Assembly: GCA_045863855.1 (NCBI GenBank)
Contig: BTVV01000016.1
Span: 1 to 64,000 of the forward strand
Length of the DNA stretch: 64,000 bases
Direction of reading: 5' to 3'
From: Planctomycetota bacterium
GTDB taxonomy: Bacteria > Planctomycetota > SZUA-567 > H5-PLA8
Position numbers and translations under genes: made by a program
Notes under the pieces: generated by a model
Database searches by the model: none
What the model saw: the letters and a program-made list of their open reading frames with translations, nothing else
What the model was told of the DNA's origin: nothing
Shown here: positions 49,069 to 58,295 of the stretch, one piece after another
How the letters are laid out: each line of letters begins with the position of its first letter
Position numbering within the stretch: position 1 is the first letter of the stretch

Positions 49069-49674
49069 ATGGCCGACTCCACTCCCGATACGCCGCCGCC
49101 CCCGGATGTCCCCTCTACGGACGTTAAAGCGCCCAAACCGCGCTCGGAGGCGCTCGCCGATCTGCGCAGCGAGCCAACCGAGATCCCGATCCTCGACGTA
49201 AACGTATCCCTCTGGATGGGCTGGAAGGCCTTTGGCTGGGCCGGCTTGATCGGGCTGGCCGGGCTCGCGGTCCTGATCGTCGGCTTGACCCAGAATGCCG
49301 GCGCCGCGAGCCAGGTTCTCGTGATCGTCGGCGGAGCCGCGTTCGGCGCGATCGTGCTCCTGATCCCGTACCTCGTACTGTCCATTCGAGCGCTGCGCTA
49401 CAAGATCACCAACCGCCTGATCGAGCGCGAGCGCGGGCTGTGGGTCAAGAACGTGGATAGCTTGGACTTGGGACGCGTGAAGGACGTTCGACTGACCCAG
49501 AACGTGGTTCAACGCGTCCTGGGCATCGGGACCATCCACGTGCTCAGTTCGGACCAGAGCGACCCGGTCATGACGCTGGAAGCGATCAAGAATCCGCGCC
49601 AGGCGTACGAACAGCTCCGCGATGCCGTGATGCAGGTCACGCATGCACGCGGCGTCATCCCGATGGACCGTTGA
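49069..49674 (+). CDS. Membrane protein with bacterial PH domain (bPH_2-like)
   Basis: Two TM helices, then YKITNRLI..RG..VKDVRL.Q..QRVLGIGTI. Confidence 0.85.
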   Translation: MADSTPDTPPPPDVPSTDVKAPKPRSEALADLRSEPTEIPILDVNVSLWMGWKAFGWAGLIGLAGLAVLIVGLTQNAGAASQVLVIVGGAAFGAIVLLIPYLVLSIRALRYKITNRLIERERGLWVKNVDSLDLGRVKDVRLTQNVVQRVLGIGTIHVLSSDQSDPVMTLEAIKNPRQAYEQLRDAVMQVTHARGVIPMDR

Positions 49675-49838
49675 GGCGACTTGGGGGCGTGCCGCAGGGT
49701 GTTCCGGTGCGGACCTAGGGTCAGCACCGGCAAGAGCCGATCCGGACGGCGAACGCCGCCGAAAGCGAAGAATTTCCGACAACTTCGTAGCGTGCCCGCA
49801 TGACACGACTTGCACGGCCACACATGCGTTTTCCTCCG

Positions 49839-49866
49839 TTGTCGCGATCCCTCTCAAATCTATACT
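49839..49866 (+). promoter_or_regulatory. Candidate promoter for leaderless purL
   Basis: TTGTCG-N16-TATACT, ending 7 nt before the ATG at 49874. No SD sequence. Confidence 0.5.
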
Positions 49867-49873
49867 CGCCTGC

Positions 49874-52800
49874 ATGGGCACCGCTGAAACTACGCTGTAT
49901 CGCATCGAAGTCGGGCTGCGCGAAGACCTGCCGGATCCGGCAGGCGCGGGCTTGGCGGGGGAATTCAAGACGCTGGGGCTGCCGGCCCCCGAGCGCGCGC
50001 GAACCGTGCGTTTGTATTGGCTCGAAGGCCCCTTCGAGCGCGCGCAGATGGAGGCGGTTGCGCGGGAACTCTTCAGCGATCCCGTGACCGAGCGTTGCGC
50101 CATCGACGCGCCGGTCTACGCAACGAACGGCCAGGCCGTACGCAGCGTCGAAGTCGTACGCAAGCCCGGCGTGATGGACCCCGTCGTCGGCAGCATCCGT
50201 AAAGCCCTGGCCGACCGCGGCCTGCATCCGACGCTCATCGCCACCGGCCGCAAGGCGCTCTTCTACGGCAATCTGGACCACGAGACCCTGCGCCTTGCCG
50301 GACGCCGCATCCTGGCCAACGAATCCATCGAAGAGATCCACATCGACTGTGCCGCTCCGGTGCACCGCATCCGCGGGCAGGCGCCCTTTGTCCTGCGCAT
50401 GGTTCCGCTGCGCGGCAAGAGCGACGCCGAATTGGAGCAGATCAGCAAGGACGGCACACTCTCCCTGACGCAGGCCGAGATGAAGAGCATCGTCGCGTAT
50501 TACGAGCAGTTGGGGCGCGACCCGACCGACGTTGAGTTGGAGACCGTCGCGCAGACGTGGTCCGAACACTGCCGCCATAAAACCTTGAAGGGCTGTGTGG
50601 AGTTCACCGGCCCCGGTGGCCAGAAGAAGCGCTACGAGAACCTGCTCAAAGAGACCATCGTCCGCGCCACCGAAAGCGTGGACCATCCGGCGTGCCTCTC
50701 GGTCTTCAAGGACAACGCAGGCGTCGTGGCCTTCGACGAGCAGTGGGCGGTCACCTTTAAGGTGGAGACGCACAACCATCCCAGCGCCATCGAGCCCTAC
50801 GGCGGCGCGGGTACGGGCATCGGTGGCGTGATCCGCGACACGCTCGGCACGGGCCTCGGCGCGAAGCCGATCGCGAACACGGACGTCTTCTGCTTTGGGC
50901 TACCCGATACCCCGTTCGAGGCGCTGCCCGCGGGCACGCTGCATCCCCGGCGCGTCATGAGCGGCGTGGTCTCCGGCGTGCGCGACTACGGCAATCGCAT
51001 GGGCATCCCGACGGTGAACGGCGCCGTGCATTTCGATCCGCGCTATGTCGGCAATCCGCTGGTCTACGCCGGAAGCGTCGGCCTGATTCCGCGGAATCAG
51101 ATCGAGAAAGCCGCGCGTCCCGGCGATCTGATCGTCGCCTTGGGCGGCCGCACCGGCCGAGACGGCATCCACGGCGCGACTTTCAGCTCCGTCGAACTGA
51201 CCAGCGAGAGCGAAGCCGTCAACAGCGGCGCCGTGCAGATCGGGAACGCGATCGAAGAAAAGAAAGTTCTCGATGTGATGCTGCGCGCGCGCGACGAGGG
51301 GCTGTATTCCTGCGTGACCGACTGCGGCGCGGGCGGATTCAGCAGCGCCGTCGGCGAAATGGGCGAGCATACCGGCGCCGAGGTCGACCTCGAGACCGTT
51401 CCGCTCAAGTACGCGGGACTCAGCTACACCGAAATCTGGATCAGCGAAGCGCAGGAACGCATGGTTTTGGCGGTGCCCCCCGAACATTGGGCGCGCCTGC
51501 AGACGCTGTGCCGGGAAGAAGATGTCGAAGCGACGGCGATCGGGCGCTTCGCCAGCGACGGGCAGTTAAAACTGCGCTACCGCGGCATCGCGGTGGGCGA
51601 GATGGCCATGAGCTTCCTGCACGGCGGCCTGCCGAAGGTGGAACGCAAAGCCGTTTGGAATGGGCCGAGCATATCGGGGGCATCGGTAGTTGGTCTAGGC
51701 GACGTGATCGGCCTTGTGCATAAGGCTAGCGCAAAAGTAAAGGCGGAGCGCGGTGAGTCATTGAGTTGGGTGGAAAGTGTTTGGTCATCGGATGAGCCGA
51801 AGAATCTCTTGCTGCGCATCCTCGCCCATCCGACCGTAGCCTCGAAGCACCGCGTGATTCGCCAGTACGACCACGAAGTCCAGGGCCGCACGGTCCTCAA
51901 GCCATTAGTTGGCGTGCGTGACGAGGGCCCGGGCGACGCGGCGGTAATCACGCCGGTCCTGGGTTCGACGAAAGGCATCGCGCTCAGCAACGGTCTGTGC
52001 CCCCAGTTTACCGACCTCGATCCGCGCGAGATGGCCAAGCTGGCGGTCGACGAAGCATTGCGCAATGCCGTGGCCGTCGGCGGCGATCCGGCGCATACCT
52101 TCATCCTCGATAACTTCTCCTGGGGCCGCACCTCGCGCCCCGAACAGCTTGGCAGCTTGGTCCTGACCTGCGAAGGCGCGACCGAAGCGGCCATCGCCTA
52201 CGGGCTTCCGTTCATCAGCGGCAAGGACTCGCTGAACAACGAGTACGCCTTCGGCGAGAAGACCATCGCGATCCCCGGCACGCTGCTCGTCAGCGCCCTC
52301 GCCATCGTTCCCGACGTCCGCGAATGCGTGACGATGGATCTTAAGCGCGCGGGGAATCTGGTATTCCTGGTGGGCGAAACCAACGGTGAACTCGGCGCTT
52401 CGCACTACAACCTCGTGACCGGCCGCTCGCCGCTCGATGGCGCCTGCCCGCGCGTGGACTTGGAGCGCGCGAAGAAGATGTACTTCATCCTGCACGCCTG
52501 CATTCGCGAAAAGCTGATCGCGAGTTGCCACGACCTGAGCGAAGGCGGTCTGGCGGTGGCTGCGGCCGAAATGGCCTTCGCCGGCGGCCTGGGGCTGCTG
52601 ATGGGGCTCGAGAATGTGCCCGGCGGGACGGAGTTGTCAGACGAAGCGCTGCTCTTCGGCGAAAGCCCCTCGCGCTTCCTGATCGAAGTTGAGCGCGAGA
52701 AGTGCGAGCTGATTCAAAACGCCTTCCGCGGCCTCCCGTGCGCGTGCATCGGCAGCGTGGACGAAAACCCGATTCTCGCCATCAGCCGACCGGCAGGCCC

Positions 52801-52876
52801 GGACCAAGTGCGCACCTTGGTGCATACGGGAATCGAGGAACTTAAAGCCGCGTGGCTCGGAACGCCGAACGGTTGA
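49874..52876 (+). CDS. purL: Phosphoribosylformylglycinamidine synthase subunit PurL with N-terminal PurS-like domains
   Basis: QTWSEHCRHK, KVETHNHPSAIEP, GRDGIHGA, ISEAQERM, QYDHEV, ISGKDSL, CHDLSEGG. Confidence 0.96.
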   Translation: MGTAETTLYRIEVGLREDLPDPAGAGLAGEFKTLGLPAPERARTVRLYWLEGPFERAQMEAVARELFSDPVTERCAIDAPVYATNGQAVRSVEVVRKPGVMDPVVGSIRKALADRGLHPTLIATGRKALFYGNLDHETLRLAGRRILANESIEEIHIDCAAPVHRIRGQAPFVLRMVPLRGKSDAELEQISKDGTLSLTQAEMKSIVAYYEQLGRDPTDVELETVAQTWSEHCRHKTLKGCVEFTGPGGQKKRYENLLKETIVRATESVDHPACLSVFKDNAGVVAFDEQWAVTFKVETHNHPSAIEPYGGAGTGIGGVIRDTLGTGLGAKPIANTDVFCFGLPDTPFEALPAGTLHPRRVMSGVVSGVRDYGNRMGIPTVNGAVHFDPRYVGNPLVYAGSVGLIPRNQIEKAARPGDLIVALGGRTGRDGIHGATFSSVELTSESEAVNSGAVQIGNAIEEKKVLDVMLRARDEGLYSCVTDCGAGGFSSAVGEMGEHTGAEVDLETVPLKYAGLSYTEIWISEAQERMVLAVPPEHWARLQTLCREEDVEATAIGRFASDGQLKLRYRGIAVGEMAMSFLHGGLPKVERKAVWNGPSISGASVVGLGDVIGLVHKASAKVKAERGESLSWVESVWSSDEPKNLLLRILAHPTVASKHRVIRQYDHEVQGRTVLKPLVGVRDEGPGDAAVITPVLGSTKGIALSNGLCPQFTDLDPREMAKLAVDEALRNAVAVGGDPAHTFILDNFSWGRTSRPEQLGSLVLTCEGATEAAIAYGLPFISGKDSLNNEYAFGEKTIAIPGTLLVSALAIVPDVRECVTMDLKRAGNLVFLVGETNGELGASHYNLVTGRSPLDGACPRVDLERAKKMYFILHACIREKLIASCHDLSEGGLAVAAAEMAFAGGLGLLMGLENVPGGTELSDEALLFGESPSRFLIEVEREKCELIQNAFRGLPCACIGSVDENPILAISRPAGPDQVRTLVHTGIEELKAAWLGTPNG

Positions 52877-52975
52877 GCGCGTTTTTCGGAGAATTTATGG
52901 AATAGCCGTATCGCGGAGCCATCTTTTGGAGGAGCGCCTTCCATTTCGGTTGGAGCTATGGAAAAGGAGATCGTC

Positions 52976-53473
52976 ATGCGCATCATCGACGGCATGTTGG
53001 GGGAATATGAACACGAGTGCGGCACGACGCGCAAGTTGTTGGCGCTGGTGCCTGAGAAAGAGTTTAACTTCAAGCCTCATCCCAAGTCGATGACCTTGGG
53101 CATCCTGGCGGGGCATCTGGCCGAAAACCCGGCCTGGGTCGAAGTGACGCTCAAGCAGGATGTGCTCGACATGGATCCCTCGCAGTATAAACCGTTCGAT
53201 CCCAAGAGCGTGAAGGAACTGCTGGAGACCTTCGACAAAAACGTCGCGCATGCGCGCGAGGTGATGAACGGCGCATCGGACGGTGATTTGATGAAGCCTT
53301 GGACGATGATGAATCGCGGCACGCCGATGTTCACGATGCCCAAGGTCGCGATTCTGCGCAGCTTTATCTTCAGCCACACGATCCACCACCGCGGGCAGTT
53401 GAGCGTGTATCTGCGGATGAAAGACGTGAAACTGCCGAGCATTTACGGTCCGACGGCCGACGTGCCGATGTAG
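52976..53473 (+). CDS. DinB family protein
   Basis: KPHPKSMTLG.LAGHL, HTIHHRGQLSVYLR. AAGGAG RBS. Confidence 0.9.
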   Translation: MRIIDGMLGEYEHECGTTRKLLALVPEKEFNFKPHPKSMTLGILAGHLAENPAWVEVTLKQDVLDMDPSQYKPFDPKSVKELLETFDKNVAHAREVMNGASDGDLMKPWTMMNRGTPMFTMPKVAILRSFIFSHTIHHRGQLSVYLRMKDVKLPSIYGPTADVPM

Positions 53474-53483
53474 CCGCGCGGGT

Positions 53484-53517
53484 GGCCGGTGGCGGCGCCG
53501 AGATGCCGTCGCCGGCC
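53484..53517 (+). terminator. GC-rich hairpin after the DinB gene (weak terminator or stabiliser)
   Basis: GGCCGGTGGCGGCG-loop-TGCCGTCGCCGGCC, with only a weak U tract. Confidence 0.35.
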
Positions 53518-53551
53518 CTTGAATTTGGACTTCCACGAAAGCGATGGACCG

Positions 53552-54349
53552 ATGAGCCAACCTTCCGTATTGCTGCTCCGCACCGCCGGTACCAACTGCG
53601 ACGAAGAAGCCGCCTTTGCCTTCACGCAGGCCGGCGCGCGGGTCGAGCCTGTGCACATCCGGCGCTTGGCCGAACAACCGGGCCTGCTCGACGAACACCG
53701 CATCCTCGCCCTTCCGGGCGGCTTTTCGTACGGCGACGATTTGGGCAGCGGCGTTGTCCTCGCGCACGAAATCCGCCAACGGCTCTCCGAACCCTTCGCG
53801 CGCTTCGTCGAGCGCGGCGGATTGGTGTTGGGCATCTGCAACGGCTTCCAGGTGCTCGTCAAGACCGGGCTCCTGCCGGGCGCGGCCTACCGGGAGGGCG
53901 ATGCGAGCGCCTGGGCGGCGACGCTTACCTACAACGATTCCCAGCGTTTCGAAGACCGTTGGGTCTGGCTGGAGGTCGGGCAGAGCGATTCGCCGTTCCT
54001 GGCCGGGCAGGCTGGACGCCGCGTCACATTCCCCGTCGCGCACGGCGAAGGCAAGTTCGTCACCCGCGACGAGGATACCCTGCGCCGCATCGTCGACGGC
54101 CGCCAAGTCGCGTTCCGCTACGTGGGAATCGACGGTGCCCCGCCGGTCTACCCCGAGAATCCCAACGGCAGCTTGGCCGATATCGCCGGCATCACCGACG
54201 AGTCTGGCCGCGTGCTGGGCTTGATGCCGCACCCCGAACGCCATGCGCTGCCATGGCAGCATCCGCGCTGGACGCGCGAGGGCCTCAAGGAAGAAGCCGA
54301 CGGCATGTTCCTCTTCCGCAACGCCGTCGCGTTCGCCCGCGGCGCCTGA
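53552..54349 (+). CDS. purQ: Phosphoribosylformylglycinamidine synthase glutaminase subunit
   Basis: GTNCD, PGGFSYGD, LGICNGFQ, AHGEG, NPNGS, MPHPER. Confidence 0.96.
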   Translation: MSQPSVLLLRTAGTNCDEEAAFAFTQAGARVEPVHIRRLAEQPGLLDEHRILALPGGFSYGDDLGSGVVLAHEIRQRLSEPFARFVERGGLVLGICNGFQVLVKTGLLPGAAYREGDASAWAATLTYNDSQRFEDRWVWLEVGQSDSPFLAGQAGRRVTFPVAHGEGKFVTRDEDTLRRIVDGRQVAFRYVGIDGAPPVYPENPNGSLADIAGITDESGRVLGLMPHPERHALPWQHPRWTREGLKEEADGMFLFRNAVAFARGA

Positions 54350-54352
54350 CGT

Positions 54353-55627
54353 TCACTGCGCCAGCGCGCGCGTCAGCACCGCACGCAGGTACTGCGCTTC
54401 GCGTTCCGAAAGCCCGAACCCGAAGCGTACGAAGCGCCGGTCCGTCACCGCCACCAGCCGATACGTATTTCCGCCGCTCTCGCTTTCCACGCGCAGTTCT
54501 TCCAATTCGCGGGTGGGCAGTTCCGTCTCGCCGCCGAAGACGCGTCCTAGCTTCCAGATCCGCAGGCCAGCCGCATTTGCCTCGATCCGCCCAGCCGGCG
54601 CGCGCCTCAGTTCTTGCATCGCTAGCTCGAAAATCAGTACCGGGACGCTGACCGCTGCCGCGATCAGCACCCCGCGCACAAGGTACCACGCGGCGGCGTT
54701 CAGGCGCCACGGCCAGAGCGAGCGTTCCGTCGGCGCGTCTTGTGGTTGTTCAGCGTACACCGGCTGGACCGGCCGCTCCGGATACGGCCACGACAGCGTG
54801 TAAGCCAGCGCGCCCGAAAGCGCGCACCACAGCAACGCGCGCAATACCCAGCCGCCTCGGAACGGCGGCCGCGGCACTTCCACGCGCGCTCCCTCGCTGT
54901 GCACTTCGTACGCCGCCACCAGATCGGGCGGAGCCGTGGGCGGGTCATGCGCACCTAAGCGCTGAATCCGGTCCCGCAGCGGCTCGTCGAGCTTCTCCGA
55001 ATCGCGGGTGAGGGTATTCTGAGTCGAGGACACATCTTGGAGCGGAAGGCCCATGAGCCGGGCCACGTCTTCGGCGATACGCCGAGCGACGACTTCGCCG
55101 CGTTCGTCCGCCACCGGCATCGTACCGCCCGCGCGGCGCGCCAGTTCGATCGCGAAGGTCGTGTACGAATTCTTCCCGCTGCTGCGCGTGGTCTGGGTCA
55201 GCACGGCCCGCTCGAAGGCCGAGAACGCTTCGCGCTCGCTGAAGAGCGGCAGAAAAATCGGAATCAGCGGAAGCTGCAGGCCGTAGGCGAGCCGCACCGA
55301 AGCGTCGCTCCGGTCGATCCATATGCGCCGCCGTCCCAGCAGCAACGGCGTAAGGAAGCTGCAGAACAATCCACCGAAGGCGATGAACATCAGACAAACT
55401 AAGGGATGAATACCGTTGTCCTCGAAGCGAAACCCGAACGGCCACGCCAGCAACCCGAAGATGCCCGTTCCGAAGAGACCCCAAGCCATTCCGAGGTGCG
55501 GCAGGAAGAGGTAAAAGAAAACGAGCGGGCGCGAACCGAAACCCAGCCGATCCTCGCGCCAAGTCCACAAGCGCGAGTAGCTATTTCCTTGAATCATATC
55601 TTTGATGGCACTACGGAAATTGCTCAT
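54353..55627 (-). CDS. Hypothetical membrane protein
   Basis: Two pairs of TM helices, each followed by a beta-rich soluble domain. Confidence 0.65.
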   Translation of the reverse strand: MSNFRSAIKDMIQGNSYSRLWTWREDRLGFGSRPLVFFYLFLPHLGMAWGLFGTGIFGLLAWPFGFRFEDNGIHPLVCLMFIAFGGLFCSFLTPLLLGRRRIWIDRSDASVRLAYGLQLPLIPIFLPLFSEREAFSAFERAVLTQTTRSSGKNSYTTFAIELARRAGGTMPVADERGEVVARRIAEDVARLMGLPLQDVSSTQNTLTRDSEKLDEPLRDRIQRLGAHDPPTAPPDLVAAYEVHSEGARVEVPRPPFRGGWVLRALLWCALSGALAYTLSWPYPERPVQPVYAEQPQDAPTERSLWPWRLNAAAWYLVRGVLIAAAVSVPVLIFELAMQELRRAPAGRIEANAAGLRIWKLGRVFGGETELPTRELEELRVESESGGNTYRLVAVTDRRFVRFGFGLSEREAQYLRAVLTRALAQ

Positions 55628-56811
55628 GCTCGGCCCGCCTTAGCGTGCTCAACCGCGGGAGGTCGCTCCAGCGCGTGCCACAGCGCGTCCTCGCACTGCG
55701 CGGGCGAACAGTCCGGGTAAGCCTGCTTCAATCGCTCCAGCAGCCGCGCAAACAGCGCGCGTGTGACCGCTAAGCTTGAGCCACGCGGGCGGATTCGCCG
55801 CGTCAGCCCTGCATCCAACTCCAGATCGACCTCCGTTACGCCTCCGGCCCGGCGTGGCAGTCGTACGTCAATCTGTTCGCTCGACGGCCGCACCGCCCGG
55901 CTCCAGCCGCCCGCGCGAGTGACGTAGCTCACGCTTGGCGCCAGGCCGCGCGCCGTCGCTTCCCACGTCAGCCGCCCATGCCGGCGGGGCTGCTCGGGCG
56001 TGGCACGCACCATCTCCTCATGCAGGCGCCGGGCCCGCGCGCGCAGTTGCAGGCGCAACTGGCCTTCATCGTAGGCGGCGGGATCCTGATCGAAGAGCGA
56101 GCGTAGCAGCGCGTATAAATCCGGCTCTTGCGCCCGCATCCGAATCGGCTGCTCGTAGAAGGTCTCGACGGCCACGGCGAACGTCTCGCGCGGATGCGTG
56201 CCGCCGTAAGCGCGCAACACACCACGGCCTTCGCGTGCGCCTTGCTGCGCGCGGCTCAGTGCCGCCAGCCATGAAGCGAGCAGCGCCGGCGGCAGGTGCG
56301 TCGGCACTCCGTCGAGTTCCGCGTCGTCGTCGCCGTCGTCCAGAGCGTGCGCGAATTCGTGGACGCCCAGATGATACCCGTCGCGCGAAAGCTCGAACGA
56401 TTGCGCCAGCGTCGCACGCGTCAAGGCCACATGTCGGCGGTGCGCTGGACCTCCGAAATAAACGCCGTGATACGCCCCGCCGTCGCGTGGAGCGTAAGTC
56501 TTATCGTCAAAGGTCTTGTGCGTGACCAGTACGCGGCTCACCGGAGGGAAAGACCACTCGGGTCGCCCTGCGAAAAGTAGCGCGCACGAAGCCGCGATCC
56601 ACGCGCGCTCCCCATCCGTCACCGGCGGCCCGGGAGGGCACTCGAATGTCACTTCTTGCAGGAATTGGCATACCAGCTTCACGAAGCGGCGCTGCTGCGT
56701 GGCGTCGAGGCGCCTTACGAATGGAACGTCTTGAAGCGTCCGGCGCAGGGCGGGGGAAAGGGCGATGCGTTTGGGTGGAGCAACGAAAAGCGCGACGAGC
56801 CGATCCCACAT
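55624..56811 (-). CDS. MtfA/M90-family zinc peptidase with C-terminal extension
   Basis: DGYHLGVHEFAHALD, YG.THPRETFAVAVETFYE, LY.LL..LF.QDP. Confidence 0.85.
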   Translation of the reverse strand: MWDRLVALFVAPPKRIALSPALRRTLQDVPFVRRLDATQQRRFVKLVCQFLQEVTFECPPGPPVTDGERAWIAASCALLFAGRPEWSFPPVSRVLVTHKTFDDKTYAPRDGGAYHGVYFGGPAHRRHVALTRATLAQSFELSRDGYHLGVHEFAHALDDGDDDAELDGVPTHLPPALLASWLAALSRAQQGAREGRGVLRAYGGTHPRETFAVAVETFYEQPIRMRAQEPDLYALLRSLFDQDPAAYDEGQLRLQLRARARRLHEEMVRATPEQPRRHGRLTWEATARGLAPSVSYVTRAGGWSRAVRPSSEQIDVRLPRRAGGVTEVDLELDAGLTRRIRPRGSSLAVTRALFARLLERLKQAYPDCSPAQCEDALWHALERPPAVEHAKAGRA

Positions 56812-56862
56812 GCCGCAGCGCTCCAAATCGGTCGCTACCTTATTTCGATACGAATGGACTCG

Positions 56863-58047
56863 TCAATGGCTTCCCAGGCGCTTCACCGCCGTTCCGGAAA
56901 GGATCTCGTGCGCTTCTCGCAAATAGCCGGGAATCCGATCCTTAAAGGGAGACTTTGACAGTGCCGCCGCCAAGTCCAATTCGTCGAGCTTGTCGGCCTT
57001 TGCGCCCGGAAACCAATGCCCCCCGCTCCCCAGCAGATTGTAGCGCATCTTGCCGTACTCGATCATATCGAATGCCTTGGCGAAATTTCGCAGCCGCAGA
57101 ATCTCCAGGACATGCACCTGCCCCGGCACCTCGCGGTAATCGGGCAGTCCCACGTGCCAGCTTTCGAGCCACTCGCGGCCCAGCGTCCGCTCCAGTTCGG
57201 CCTGCAAGCGTGCTTCGATGGGCTGGAGCAGCGCGTACGTGTCAGCGCCCGGCTTCAGCAACTCCAGCGCCTTGAGATGTTCGTCGAAGTCCGTCGGCCG
57301 CGCCGCGCCAAGCGAGAGCGTGTGCACTTCCGGACGGGCGAGGCACCACGCATCGTTGAAGACCATCGGCGAATACGGCCGGCACAGGTCGGTCAGCTTA
57401 TCGCTGGGCTGGTACAGCTTTCCGCCCTTGTCGTTGGGGCTGATGATAAAGACGCCCATATCGCGGCGCGTGGCCTCTTCCACCGCCGGCCAATTGAAGC
57501 GGAAAACGTAGTACCAATGCAGGTTCACGTACTCGAAGCGCCCGTCGCGGATCGCCGCCAGGATCACCGGCAACTGCGCGTGCGTGCTGAAGCCGACGTG
57601 CCGCACGCGGCCCTGCTCTTTGAGTTTTAACGCCGCTTCCAGACAGCCCCCTGGCCGCAGCGACCAATCCAGCAGTTGTTCGTTGTTGATCCCGTGCAGA
57701 CTGAAGAGATCCACGTAATCGATGCACAGCTTCTTCATGCTCGTCTCGAACGTCTCGAGGAACTTCTTGGTATCCTCGAACGGCGCGACCTTGGTCTGGA
57801 TGATCAACTCACGTCGCGGCAGCCTGGGCAAGATCCGCCCCAGTTGCTCTTCGCTCGTCCCGTACCCGCGCGCCGTCTCGATGTGCGTGATCCCGATCTC
57901 CAGCGCGCGGCGGATGCAAGCCTCGACCGTGCGCTGGCTCTCGTCCCCGATCGCATCGTCCGACTTCCACGACTGCTGGTAGCGCATCCCGCCGCACGAG
58001 AAGACGGGCATCTGGAGTTCGGTCCGGCCGAAACGTCGATAGAGCAT
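56863..58047 (-). CDS. Aldo/keto reductase family protein
   Basis: MLYRRFGRT, HIETARGYGTSE, VRHVGFSTH. Confidence 0.9.
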   Translation of the reverse strand: MLYRRFGRTELQMPVFSCGGMRYQQSWKSDDAIGDESQRTVEACIRRALEIGITHIETARGYGTSEEQLGRILPRLPRRELIIQTKVAPFEDTKKFLETFETSMKKLCIDYVDLFSLHGINNEQLLDWSLRPGGCLEAALKLKEQGRVRHVGFSTHAQLPVILAAIRDGRFEYVNLHWYYVFRFNWPAVEEATRRDMGVFIISPNDKGGKLYQPSDKLTDLCRPYSPMVFNDAWCLARPEVHTLSLGAARPTDFDEHLKALELLKPGADTYALLQPIEARLQAELERTLGREWLESWHVGLPDYREVPGQVHVLEILRLRNFAKAFDMIEYGKMRYNLLGSGGHWFPGAKADKLDELDLAAALSKSPFKDRIPGYLREAHEILSGTAVKRLGSH

Positions 58048-58295
58048 GGCGTGGCCTCGCGTGGAGCGGACAAAGGATTCGCGTCGGGTTTAGCGGGAGC
58101 GCGCGGAAACGTAAAACATAAAACGAGTTCCGCAACCGCCGCTTGGGGCCGATAGATCCTTTGTCACGGCTTGCTACAGCACGATTCATCGGGAGAGAGG
58201 GGATTCAGGGGCCGTTAGCTACTCGCCGGGAACCGAAAGATTTAGGCATTTCCCTTGGGTAGCACGATCAAGGACGGCACGGGGTCGGTCGCTAG

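Noticed and set aside
49675..49873. PRPP (ykkC-type) or ZMP riboswitch upstream of purL
   Set aside because: Conserved core motifs of these riboswitches were not found.
51655..51810. Intein in purL
   Set aside because: Too short, and lacks the N-terminal Cys/Ser block and the HN-C/S/T end.
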